This document shows, piece after piece, positions 49,291-59,600 of a stretch of 64,000 nucleotides of DNA. Numbering within the stretch: the first letter of the stretch is position 1; the number at the start of each line of letters is the position of its first letter. The DNA comes from Polyangiales bacterium (GTDB taxonomy: Bacteria > Myxococcota_A > Polyangia > Polyangiales > Houyiibacteriaceae). The stretch covers positions 9,224 to 73,223 of the forward strand of contig JBGCFM010000081.1 in assembly GCA_045106895.1 (NCBI GenBank). The letters run 5' to 3'. The notes beneath the pieces were generated by a model that was not told the DNA's origin, ran no database searches, and saw nothing but the letters and a program-made list of their open reading frames with translations. The position numbers were made by a program, and so were the translations under genes.

Positions 49291-51126
49291 GTGGGCATAG
49301 GCGTTCCCCTCGCGCTTCTGGCGGCCCTTGGCGTGATCTTGCCTATCGCTGCGCACCTCGCGCGTCAGCAAGACCTCCCGCGGATGGCGTTTCCCGCCCT
49401 CGCCCTCCTCCGCCACGCCGAGGCAGAGAGCAAAGAACGTGTTCGCGTCAAAGACCGGCCGCTGCTCTTGCTCCGCGTGCTCCTCATCGCCGCTCTCGCC
49501 TTCGCCGCTGCGGCACCCTTCGTCTGGCGTTCCGGCGCCTTCGCAGATGGACAGGTCTCCTCCTTGGTGCTCATCGTCGACGACTCCATGTCGATGGAGA
49601 GCGCACTCGACGACACCCAGGAGCGCGCCCTCGCCGCCATCAGTGCGCTTCCGAGCGGCTCCGAGGTCGCTGTCATCGCCGCCGGAAGGCCGGCGCGAGT
49701 CCTCTCTCCACTCACCGCCGACCTTGAGCTCGCGCGGGCCGCCGTCGAAGCAATGCGCACCGGGGGACGAGGTACGGACCTGTCCGGCGCCGCAACGCTT
49801 GCCTCCGCTCAGCTTGCGCCGGCACGTTTCGCGCGACGAGTCCTCACGCTCAGTGATTTCGCCTACGAGGGCTCACCGGCATGGCCTCGAAATAGCGAGC
49901 TGGCGTTTGAACGCTCATCTCCCGCCGAAGGAAACTCTGCCGTCCTCGAGTGCTCCATCGCGCCGGACCCAACACGCGAGGGTTTTCACTCAATTCGCGC
50001 GTTGGTGCGCGCTCCGGAAGGCGTCTGGACGCTGCAGGTACTGCAGGGGGAACAGGTATTGAGCGAAGAGAGCGTCGAGGTCGGCCCCGACGGACAAGCC
50101 TCCCTCATCGTCGGCGTGCTGGTCCCAGCGGGTCAGGACGTGCTTCGTCTACACCTACAGAACGAAAGCGACCCCATTCAAGCGGACAACACACGCGAGC
50201 TTTGGATGAGCGCGGCGAGCACACGCCGCGTGCTCATCATCGATGGCGACCCCCCGCAGGGCGAAGCTCGTTTCGTGAGTCGCGCTCTCGATGTCGCCCC
50301 GGCTCTTCCGGGTGGCGGACGTGTGGAATACCGCGTCGTCGACAAAGGGCGCTTCGCGACGATGTCCCTCGATGCCTTTGACGCGATTCTCATGCTCGAC
50401 GCGGCGGTTCCCCACTCTGGACTTGAAGCGTTCGTTCAACGAGGCGGCGGCCTCGTCGTCGCGGCGGGCCCTCACGTGGAGCGAAGCTCACTCCGTGACA
50501 TCTTGCCGGCCCGAATCGGCGAACGAAGAAGCGAAGTGGTCCACGCCGAGGGCGAGTGGCCGAGCGTGGAAGAGCTTTGGGCCTCGCAGTACGTCGAGCT
50601 CGAGCCGCGCGCAGGCAGTGAGGTGCTCGTGCGCTGGTCCTCAGGAAGCCCCGCGCTCGTCGCCGACGGTGGGGTCGCCGTGTTCTCCTCCGCGCTGGAC
50701 GACGACTGGTCGGAACTCCCCTACGCGCCGGGCTTCGTCGCCTTCGTGCGCCGACTGGCAAGCGCCTTCGGCGAAGCCGAGCGCGCCTCGGGCACCTACA
50801 CGGCCGGCGACGTCGTGCAGGTCCCGGATGGTGAGAGCGTCACCTTGCCAAATGGCGACGTCGTCTTTCACGAGAGCGGCACATTCACGGACACGGGCGA
50901 CGTGGGGCACTACCAGCTCACCACGGGCGACGGCGGCGGCTTCGTTGTGGTGCCGGAGTCCCGCGAAAGCGAGGTGCGCCCCGGCGCGCTTCCGAGCGAA
51001 CGCCGAAGCGACCAAGCGCGTGGGCCCGCGTCCAAAGCCCCTCTTGGCAACTGGGTGTTCTTGCTCTTTGGCCTCGGCGTCGTCGCCGAAGGCATGCTGC
51101 GTATCCGGCAGCGGACCGGACGCTAA
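49291..51126 (+). CDS. BatA/vWA-domain membrane protein
   Basis: N-terminal LP..AHL..FP..ALL..LLLLR (BatA), MIDAS DDSMSM, LSDF, C-terminal TM. Confidence 0.85.
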   Translation: MGIGVPLALLAALGVILPIAAHLARQQDLPRMAFPALALLRHAEAESKERVRVKDRPLLLLRVLLIAALAFAAAAPFVWRSGAFADGQVSSLVLIVDDSMSMESALDDTQERALAAISALPSGSEVAVIAAGRPARVLSPLTADLELARAAVEAMRTGGRGTDLSGAATLASAQLAPARFARRVLTLSDFAYEGSPAWPRNSELAFERSSPAEGNSAVLECSIAPDPTREGFHSIRALVRAPEGVWTLQVLQGEQVLSEESVEVGPDGQASLIVGVLVPAGQDVLRLHLQNESDPIQADNTRELWMSAASTRRVLIIDGDPPQGEARFVSRALDVAPALPGGGRVEYRVVDKGRFATMSLDAFDAILMLDAAVPHSGLEAFVQRGGGLVVAAGPHVERSSLRDILPARIGERRSEVVHAEGEWPSVEELWASQYVELEPRAGSEVLVRWSSGSPALVADGGVAVFSSALDDDWSELPYAPGFVAFVRRLASAFGEAERASGTYTAGDVVQVPDGESVTLPNGDVVFHESGTFTDTGDVGHYQLTTGDGGGFVVVPESRESEVRPGALPSERRSDQARGPASKAPLGNWVFLLFGLGVVAEGMLRIRQRTGR

Positions 51127-52149
51127 CTACGGAACGATGATCCTGACTGGGTCAGAGACCACGTCCGCGAATAGGACCCGAACATCGAAGGAGCGCGTAT
51201 CGGCGGCCACACGGAACCTCAGGTCGATTTCGCCGAGACGATCCGTGCGTTCGCCGACGACCTCCGCCTCCACGACGCGGGGAGAACGTGCGCTCACGCC
51301 GATCGCCTGACCGACCACGGCCTGACACGACTGCGTCGTGCACGTCTCAAGACGAACGGTCACCACGCCCGTGCTCATCGAGCTCGGGGGGACCGACGCG
51401 TCGGGCGATGTTCCCGCGTCCGCGGGCGAGGGAGAAGGCAACACCCACTCCTCGCTGTCGTCGACGAGGGTAACCTGCAGCCTAGCGCCGAGGCCGATGT
51501 CTGTGCACGACACGCTTTGTTCACCAAACACGACGTCGATGTTCGTTGGCAGCTCCTCGAGCGGCACCTCGATGTCCAGCGATGCGCCAGCGCTCTCAGG
51601 GCCAAGTCGAATGGCTGCGCTCGTATCGTCCCGAAGGACGTTCACCAAGCTTCCCGAGGGCAACGAAGACCCCAGCGTCACCAGAGCGTTCCGGCCATCG
51701 GGCGAGGGAAACGCCGTCCAAGAGACCGCGAAGGGCTCCACGGCAAACCAAGTTCGGGTCTCGAGGCCGGTTCCTTGATGGACGCCAAGCCAGCCGGGCC
51801 CTGCGGTGACCGCGCGTATGCGAAGCTCCACGCCCGTGCGAACGGGCACGAAGGTCGCCAACGTTCCATCTTCGCGCACGAAGCGCAGCCCGCCGCCGGC
51901 GCTCGCAATCCAACCTTCCCCGCTTTGCGCGTCTGCGACCGTCAAGCTCTCCGTGTCGCCCACGCGGAACACATCTTCGCCCAGCGTGCTCGGCTGACAC
52001 CCGGGCAAGGAACTCTGACAGTCGCCTTCGGAGCAGCGGGAGAGCTGCAAAGGTTCGCTCGCGTTCGAGAGCGCGAACCAGTCTCTGACAGGGTCCTCTT
52101 CGCACCCAAACAACCCGACAACGAGCGCGATGGCCATGGTGAATCTCAT
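51127..52149 (-). CDS. hypothetical lipoprotein
   Basis: Lipobox LFGC; ATGA overlap with the upstream gene. Confidence 0.7.
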   Translation of the reverse strand: MRFTMAIALVVGLFGCEEDPVRDWFALSNASEPLQLSRCSEGDCQSSLPGCQPSTLGEDVFRVGDTESLTVADAQSGEGWIASAGGGLRFVREDGTLATFVPVRTGVELRIRAVTAGPGWLGVHQGTGLETRTWFAVEPFAVSWTAFPSPDGRNALVTLGSSLPSGSLVNVLRDDTSAAIRLGPESAGASLDIEVPLEELPTNIDVVFGEQSVSCTDIGLGARLQVTLVDDSEEWVLPSPSPADAGTSPDASVPPSSMSTGVVTVRLETCTTQSCQAVVGQAIGVSARSPRVVEAEVVGERTDRLGEIDLRFRVAADTRSFDVRVLFADVVSDPVRIIVP

Positions 52150-54050
52150 TGGGAACCTCCGCCCAGCCCAGGTAGCGAGTCTCTCGTCAGAGCATCGTAA
52201 ACACGCTTGAACACATCAAAGTCGAACGTCACGAAGATACCCATGCCGTGCGCGAGGCGCGTTTCCTCCGGGTAGCTCTCCGCCAAGTTCGGCAGAGTTG
52301 GCCCGTTCAGCATCGTTCCAGGAAGCGCCGTCGAAGCCGTTTGACGCAAGAGCTGGTAGGCGAACATGACCCCGACGGGCCCTCGGCCCACGTGAACACC
52401 CGCCAGCCAGCGGCGGGTTGGACGTAGCAAGTCGAGGCCAAGCCCGAGGCCGATCTCCCAGTCGTTTCGCATGAGCTGGCGCGGCATCGGATACGCCACG
52501 GCGAAGAAGGGGAGAACGGCATCCAGTTGCCAATCCCTGTCGTTCGTCACGACGTACGCATCCTGTGACTGCAGGCGGGCGAGCCCTGGGGTGTTGTCGC
52601 GGAAATACGCAAGCCCGAACCCCGCACGAAATCCCCAGTAGCGTTCGCCTTGAACGGTGAGCGTGTGGTGGCCTGAGCGCTCCTGACACTTCTCGGAGGC
52701 GTCCCCGTGGCAGATCGACAACCCATAATAGCCCGTCGAGGCCACGCCGACGCGCAGCACAAGGGAGCTCGACGCACCGACGTCTTCCGCCGGGGACAGC
52801 ACGCTCCGTTCTTGGGCGCTCGAGTCCGCGTCTTCCTCTTCGCCAAGTCCAAGCTCAAGACCGCGCTCGGCGCGCGTCGTCGTGACCAGGTTGTGGTTGA
52901 TCCGTACCCCCACGTTTTGTCCACGCGGCAATCCGTGAACGCGAACGAAGAGCTCGTCGCCGTCTTCTACGTAAAAGCGGTCGTCGGGTCGGCCGAGGAA
53001 GCCCGCCCGATAATCGAACTCAAAGATTCGAGCGCGTCTATTGCTCGTTTCGAAGACTTCGCTCTCGACGACGTCGTAGGTGGCGACGGGCTGGGGTCGA
53101 AGAGCATGACAGACCTGTGCCTGATACTCCGCCCAGTTCGTGCGGGACGGGAGCTGCGTTGGCTGCATGAGTTCACGTTTCGCGCCCACCACCTTCGTCG
53201 CCGTCACCCGCAGGGCTTCAATGGACCCGAGCGGAGCGGCGCGCCTCTGCTGACGCAGATAAGTGCAGACGCGCGCCTTTGGTGAGCCTTGCGCCGCCGC
53301 ATCACAGAGCGAGTCGCTCAATGTCGTTTGTTGGCGCGCGGTGTGGAAAGCGTCGATGGCCTCGCCGAGGGCGTCCGGCAGCGCGCCGGCTCTTCGAGAT
53401 TCCGTCAGCGCGGAGTTGAGCGCGCTGAACGCAGGCGCCAGCTCACCAAGTAAGACGTCGAGCTCGGCGCTATAAGCGTCGCGCCCATTCTCCCATGCAT
53501 GACGCAGCTGGACCTGGGCGAGGGTTTGAGAGGGCGAAAGGAGACCCGCTGCGCGAAGCGCGCTCTCAGAAGAGCCCTCCGCCGTTGGCGCGAAAACGAC
53601 GATGCGGGCGGTGTCCGTGTACTCTCCCTCGGGGCGGACAGGCCACGAGAGCGGCGCAACGTGGTCATCCGCGGAGAACATGCCGCAGTTCGACTGGCGT
53701 CCATGGGGTCCAAAACCCTGCAGCTGAACCCACGCTCCATCGGGGCTAAAACGTGAGAGGTCCAAGCCCCAGCTGACCTCCAGGGGGTCTCCCTCCTGGT
53801 GGTCGTCAACGGCTTCCTCAAGGCCGTCGGGGCCGTCGTCATCCGCGGCTTCATCGCCGCGATAGATTCGCATCTCACCGTCACGGAGTTCGATGGTCGC
53901 GACCACGTCGCTCGACGGTGCGTCACCGGAGCAGTTGTTCGGCGGAATGTAACTGCACTCGAAAGGCAAGCTCTCCTGCGCCAGAGCATGGGCCTGAAAC
54001 ATGAAAGCAAGGAGCGCGGCGCATGCGCTGGTTCTCTGATTTGGTGTCAT
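52146..54050 (-). CDS. secreted hypothetical protein with possible C-terminal beta-barrel
   Basis: Signal peptide (AHALA-Q); alternating hydrophobic strands near the C-terminus. Confidence 0.65.
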   Translation of the reverse strand: MTPNQRTSACAALLAFMFQAHALAQESLPFECSYIPPNNCSGDAPSSDVVATIELRDGEMRIYRGDEAADDDGPDGLEEAVDDHQEGDPLEVSWGLDLSRFSPDGAWVQLQGFGPHGRQSNCGMFSADDHVAPLSWPVRPEGEYTDTARIVVFAPTAEGSSESALRAAGLLSPSQTLAQVQLRHAWENGRDAYSAELDVLLGELAPAFSALNSALTESRRAGALPDALGEAIDAFHTARQQTTLSDSLCDAAAQGSPKARVCTYLRQQRRAAPLGSIEALRVTATKVVGAKRELMQPTQLPSRTNWAEYQAQVCHALRPQPVATYDVVESEVFETSNRRARIFEFDYRAGFLGRPDDRFYVEDGDELFVRVHGLPRGQNVGVRINHNLVTTTRAERGLELGLGEEEDADSSAQERSVLSPAEDVGASSSLVLRVGVASTGYYGLSICHGDASEKCQERSGHHTLTVQGERYWGFRAGFGLAYFRDNTPGLARLQSQDAYVVTNDRDWQLDAVLPFFAVAYPMPRQLMRNDWEIGLGLGLDLLRPTRRWLAGVHVGRGPVGVMFAYQLLRQTASTALPGTMLNGPTLPNLAESYPEETRLAHGMGIFVTFDFDVFKRVYDALTRDSLPGLGGGSQ

Positions 54051-54113
54051 CGGTTTCTCTTCGCGCGGCGGGCGTCCAACGTCCGGGCACGAAACCTCGA
54101 ACACCAAACACAG

Positions 54114-54155
54114 AAAACCCGCGTGGCGGTACTCGAAGGTTGTACCACACGCGGG
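54114..54155 (-). terminator. probable terminator after the DUF4015-like gene
   Basis: CCCGCGTG/GGTAC interrupted hairpin followed by TTTT on the minus strand. Confidence 0.6.
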
Positions 54156-54202
54156 ATCTTGGTCCGGGCCTAGCTCAGGCTGGCGCGACTGTGAAGACGA
54201 AG

Positions 54203-55381
54203 CTACTCGCTGGCGCCACGCCGCGCTGCGAGTCGGCTCTCGACCTCAAACGGAACGAGACCACGACCAGGCCCCTGCATCGCGCGCCGGAACATGCTGT
54301 AGCGGGCACCCGGGTGCCACATCAAGAATCCATCAGCGCCGCCGCGTTTCGCGCCCTGAACCTGGCGCGCCACGAAGCGAGGTGTGAAGCCCTCGGGCCC
54401 TGCACCACGGGCAAAAGCCTGAAGATACGGCCGGATCACCGGGCCGTCGCCGAGGCGTTCGCGAAGCCGGGCGACGCCGCTCTCGACCAAAAACCGCGAG
54501 CGGTCTGCGCGGTCGAGGTGCCACGTACGCATGGCGTTGATGTAGAGCATCGGCGAGTAGATATCGACGTGCTCGCGCCACGCTTCGAGGTCCTGACCGA
54601 GGCCGCTGGGGTCGCCGGTGCGGTACGCCGCGAGGCCGAACACATCGACGCCCAGAGGGATTCCGACGGCGGCGTCGACTCGGCCGAGCATCTCCATGAT
54701 GAGGTCCGAGCGGGAGGTGCCGTCTTCGGCGGGGTAACGCGCGTACTGCGTTCCGTCGTCGACGGGGAAACGAACGTAGTCGAGCTGAATCTCGTCGAAG
54801 CCAAACGCCGCCGCTTCTCGGGCGAGTTCCACGACCATCGTGTGGTTGTCACGGTTGTACGGGTCGAGCCACGTGCCGCCGGTTCCCCAAGACACCCAAG
54901 GTTCGTTTCGGCGAATGTGCATCATCGCGCGTTCAGGGTGACGCGCAGGAAGCTGGGGGTCGGCGAAGCAAGTGATGCGCGCGATGGTGTAGACGCCGCG
55001 TTCCTTGAGTCCAGAGATGAGGCCGGCGGGATCTGGAATGTACGAGACCACTTGGTCCTGCAGAATCTCGATGTCCGTTGGGTAGGTCACGCGACCCGCG
55101 CCATCCTTCATGTCGATGACGACGGCGTCGGTGCGTGTCCGCTCCGCAAGGTTGGCGACCTCTTCGATGGTGTGTCGGCGGAGGTAGACGCCTGGGAGAT
55201 ACACGCCGGTGGCTCGCTGTCCTTGCGGCGTCACCACGTCATCCAGAAGATTGCGTGCCTCGGGCGATATCGATTCGATGGAACGAGCACTCCGCTGTGG
55301 AACCTGAGCGTTCAATCGCTCCGGTGCAGCCACCACGAACATCAACGATACAAACAAAGCCCCGACTAGCGCACGATGCAC
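54203..55381 (-). CDS. putative glycoside hydrolase (DUF4015-like)
   Basis: VVIDMK, YTIARI.CF.D, WLDPY, GFDEIQLDYVRFP, SPMLY, RPYLQAF. Confidence 0.85.
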   Translation of the reverse strand: MHRALVGALFVSLMFVVAAPERLNAQVPQRSARSIESISPEARNLLDDVVTPQGQRATGVYLPGVYLRRHTIEEVANLAERTRTDAVVIDMKDGAGRVTYPTDIEILQDQVVSYIPDPAGLISGLKERGVYTIARITCFADPQLPARHPERAMMHIRRNEPWVSWGTGGTWLDPYNRDNHTMVVELAREAAAFGFDEIQLDYVRFPVDDGTQYARYPAEDGTSRSDLIMEMLGRVDAAVGIPLGVDVFGLAAYRTGDPSGLGQDLEAWREHVDIYSPMLYINAMRTWHLDRADRSRFLVESGVARLRERLGDGPVIRPYLQAFARGAGPEGFTPRFVARQVQGAKRGGADGFLMWHPGARYSMFRRAMQGPGRGLVPFEVESRLAARRGASE

Positions 55382-55521
55382 AAGGCACCTCCCAAAACTC
55401 TTCTTTGGTGGCGGGCCTAACTGTCGATGAGCGGAGTGCCCACTCCGTTCTCCTCCCGCATTGCATCGCGCAACACCTAACCCGTAGCGTCAGGTTGCAT
55501 TAGAGGTGTGCAGAGGTCCAA

Positions 55522-56550
55522 CTATTCGCCGGATTTCTCGGGGTCCGCTGCGTTGTCGCCGTCGCCCAAGTCATCGCCGCCGAAGTCCGGACTGTCCAGC
55601 TCGACACGTTGTTCGCCGGCAAAGTCCGCGTCACTCGGGCCGCCGGGCTCGTCGACGTCCACGCGCGTTTCCTCCTCTTCCGCCTCCGCCTCGACGCGTG
55701 CTTCGACCATGCGTTCGATGCCGCCAAGATCGCGGTGAACACGGGTCGTCGCGTATCCCGCCTTGGTCAGCGCCGAGGCGAACGCGGGCGCCTGACCCAT
55801 GCCAACTTCGACGAGGAGGGAGCCGCCGGGCGCCAGATACGTTTTCGCTTCGCGAAGTATGCGCCGGAGAGCATCTCGCCCGTCGGCGCCGCTCACGAGC
55901 GCAAGGTGGGGTTCGAAGCGCGCCACCTCCGGCATGAGCGTCTCAAGTTCTGGCTCCGCGATGTAGGGCGGGTTGATCGTCATCAGGTCAAAGCGAGCGT
56001 CTTCCTCCAAGGCTTCGAAGAGGTCACCAAGAACGCAAACCACCTCAACCATTAGGCTTTTAGCGTTCTCGCGGGCCACCTCAAGAGCCGGCGGGGAGAT
56101 ATCCGTCAGCGTTAGCTCAGTCTGCTTTCCTTTCTCCAAGCGCTCCTTGGCGATGGAGATTCCTACGCAACCGCTTCCCGTGCAGAGGTCCACCACCTTC
56201 GCAGCATCCGCCCCGGCGAGGCAGCGAAGACCCACGTCGACGAGGAGTTCGCTGTCGCCGCGAGGGATGAGAACATCCGGTGTGACTCGAAACCTCGACT
56301 TGTAGAAGTCTCGGTAGCCGAGGATGTAGGCCATGGGTTCGCGCCCACGCCGGCGCCGAAAACGCGCGCGGATATCGCTCAGCTCGTCTTCGGAGAGCGG
56401 TCGCTCGGGATCGAGGTAGAGATCCATGCGCCCAAGGCCAACGGCCGCGGAGACCATGAGTTCCGCGTCGAGGCGCGGAGAATCGACCCCCTTCGCCTCC
56501 AGGTCTTTGCGCATCCAATCAAGAATCTTCCGGACGCTCCACTCACTCAT
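55522..56550 (-). CDS. prmC: peptide chain release factor N5-glutamine methyltransferase
   Basis: RLDAE, EPMAYILG, VLIPR, DLCTGSGC, NPPYI, FEP. Confidence 0.95.
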   Translation of the reverse strand: MSEWSVRKILDWMRKDLEAKGVDSPRLDAELMVSAAVGLGRMDLYLDPERPLSEDELSDIRARFRRRRGREPMAYILGYRDFYKSRFRVTPDVLIPRGDSELLVDVGLRCLAGADAAKVVDLCTGSGCVGISIAKERLEKGKQTELTLTDISPPALEVARENAKSLMVEVVCVLGDLFEALEEDARFDLMTINPPYIAEPELETLMPEVARFEPHLALVSGADGRDALRRILREAKTYLAPGGSLLVEVGMGQAPAFASALTKAGYATTRVHRDLGGIERMVEARVEAEAEEEETRVDVDEPGGPSDADFAGEQRVELDSPDFGGDDLGDGDNAADPEKSGE

Positions 56551-56600
56551 ACGCCGTCGATAGCACTGTTTTGCAGCGTCGCGGATGATATCCTTCAGCC

Positions 56601-59600
56601 GTGAGAGCCTGGTCCTTTGCTGTAGTCCTCCTCGCCCTGTCCTGCGCGCCGGAGTTCGACTCAACTCGTGCGGTCCCCGAGCGCGGGAGCCTGGGAGAAG
56701 AGGTTTATCGGGTTTTCTGCCAGCGACTGGCCGCGACAGAGCTTCCAAATGACGTCAGCGGCGTCGAATCCGAGGCTCTTTGCAACGGAGACACGGTCGA
56801 CGGCCCTACTCCGCGCATGACGGCGATGGCAGAGCAACGGGGGCGAATCGTTCGCGCCCTCGATGCCGCGGCGCCGACGAGCTCCCACGAGGGCCTCGAT
56901 CGTTTTCTCAAGGCTTTGGTCCCCTTTTACGACCCGCCGGAGGAAGTCCTCCCAAGCCAAACGCGGGCGATGGCGGAGCTCCTCAGCTCCCTCGCCGACG
57001 ACCCAGAAGCCATCGACGCCCTTGAGCGAATCTCCCACCGCCGCGGCTACCGGCCCCTCGCCCGCGCTCTCGGCGTCGCGCGCCCGGCTCTCTCCTACCC
57101 TCGGCTACGCGAACTCACCACGACGGTGCTCGACGCCACGAGCCCAAGCGGCTCCGCGGAGCTGGAGTGGCGGGAGCTTCTCAGCGCCAGCGCGCTCACC
57201 ATGGGGCTGGCGGAGCCGTCCACAACGGAAGACGGCGAGAGCACCCTGGAGCTGACGCAAGACCTGCTGCTCGAGACCGACAACCGCTTTGGCTACGGCA
57301 CGACCACGTTCCTCACGCGCCGCGACCGGCGAGGCATCGCGCAGCCCATGCCCCTCGGCGGGGTAAACGTCCCAGCCCCATTTATCGACCGAGACGGCAA
57401 CGGTCTCGCCGACGTCGACCCTCTCGGCCGCTTTGTGGGCCCGGACGGCTCGCTCCTTGATCTCCCCACGCCCTTCGCCGTGGACTTCGACGATCCTTCC
57501 CCGCGCGATGGGGCGGGACGGGCCGTCCGCGCCGGCGGAGACCCCTACTTCCGCACCACGGACATGGGCGACACGTTCTTGGCCGGGCTGACGCGCATGA
57601 GCGTTCCTCTCCTCGACGGAGAAGAGCCGGCGCTCTTCGACATGCTCTTCGCCATGCGTCCCCTCCTCGGGCCCCCGAGCGCCCGCGAGGAAGAGGTCCT
57701 GCCGGGCTTTCCCGTGCGTTTCGAGGGCTTTGACCCCGCCGAGTCCCCGCTCCTCGACGTCGTCCACGCCACCACGACAAACCTCCGGGACCCCGCCATC
57801 GACGACGTCCTCGCCCTCATCCTGGAGATGCTCGAGAGCCACGAAAGCGAGGTCGCCGGCCTCGCCGAGAGCGGCCTCGTGGGCCGCGCCGCCGCGCAGC
57901 TCTATCCCGACGTTGCCCTCGCGCGCGACAGCGACCTCTTCGACGACCAGCTCGTTGTCCTCGGACGAATCGCGCGGACGCCTGGCTTGATGGAGGCGGT
58001 GCTGCGCGCCTTGGCGAATCCGGCCAGCAAACGCCTTGGACATATCTTCGGCGAGATGATGCGTTACGGAGACACGCCCACCATTGCGGAAGGCGGCATC
58101 AACGACTCGCTTCGCGAGATCCCGTGGACCGGGGAGATCGACGCCTCGATGCCGGAGGGCGATGACAACCGCTCCCTCTTTCAGCAGTCCATCTCCATCA
58201 TCCATGACCTCAGCGGCGTGCGCCTTTGCAACAAGGCCGGTGCCCGCCTCGGGATCACCCTCGGTGGACGTTACATTCGGCTCCCTCTCACCTACGACGA
58301 GTGCGAGCTCTTGGAGATCGAGGACGTCGGCGTCACCTTTCAACAGGCCATCATCGGTCGCGCGCGCATCGAGATTAAGAGCGCGTTTCTCAACGGCGTG
58401 CTGGAACTTGGCGGGTCCGTTGGGTTCGGTGCCGGCGACGTCCTTCAGCGCGAATCGGGCATCGATGGCCTGACCACGGAGCCCACGCCACAGGCGCTCA
58501 GCCGGCTCGTCTTCGCGCCACGCAACGACTTCATGAGCGACCTCGTCGGCGCGCCCCTCACCCGCGACGGCGTCCCCATCGAAGATCGCCATGACCCCAT
58601 CGTCCTTGCCTGGGAACGTGAGTTCCGCTTCTGTGGCGACGCACTTGTGGCTCCTCTTACTCCTTGCGCTGACGCCGAGAACACCTCGTTCTACGAAGCG
58701 ATGGGGCCGCTGCTCCGCGCCTTCGACGACTTCGACCCGCGGGAGACGAGCGATATCTTCTCGGACCTCGTCACCGCGACACACCTGCATTGGGCCAGCC
58801 CAAGCGACCCGCGCTCGCAATCGGGCGACGTGAACGGACCCTTCTTCAGCCACCAGGACGACGCCCGCCGGTACGAGCCCATCGTCTCCGCGTTGGTCTC
58901 CGAGTGCCTGCCCCAAGATACCCGCTGTGTTCCCACGGAAGCCGGGCAGCTCATCTCGCGTTTGCACGCGTTCCTGCGGGCCGCAGACGACATTGAAGTT
59001 CGCCCAGGTGTCGACGGCATCGCCGCACTCGCCCGGGCCGGCGAGTCTCTCTTCGACTCAGAGCGCAACCCTGGTCTTGTCGGCCGAGACGGTCGCGGAA
59101 CGTCGAACCGCAGCAGCGGCACGGGCGTCCTGCCCGTCACGCCGATGCTCCTCATGACCGACGCGATGCGAAACACCGAAGACGTCTGGGCCGAGTCTCC
59201 CGCTTCCCGGGACGCGTGGCGCTCGGCGCGTTCACACATGGCGGACACATTCCTCTCCACCACGGGAAGCGGCGCAGCGCGTCGTTTCATAGACTCCCGT
59301 TTCGTCGCCGTCACCCAGACGCTCATCCGCTTCATCCGCGAGCGCATCGAGTTCCACCGCGGAGCCGGCGACCTCGACTCTTGGAGTCGCGAGCTCTTCG
59401 ACGACATTGAAGATGCCATCGACTCGCCCCTCGGCGCCGCCTCGCTTCGTTTCCTTCAAGCGGTGCAGGACGACGCCGCCACGACGGAAGAGCTCAGCCG
59501 ATTTCTCGAGTACATGGTGCGAGAAGACTCTTTTGGCGACGCGTGGCGCGACGTCCTCCTCGCCGTCGGCGATATGCTCCAGGTCCAAGGCGACGAGGAG

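Noticed and set aside
54023..55369. 448-aa plus-strand ORF
   Set aside because: Opposite the DUF4015-like gene, which has recognisable motifs and a signal peptide.
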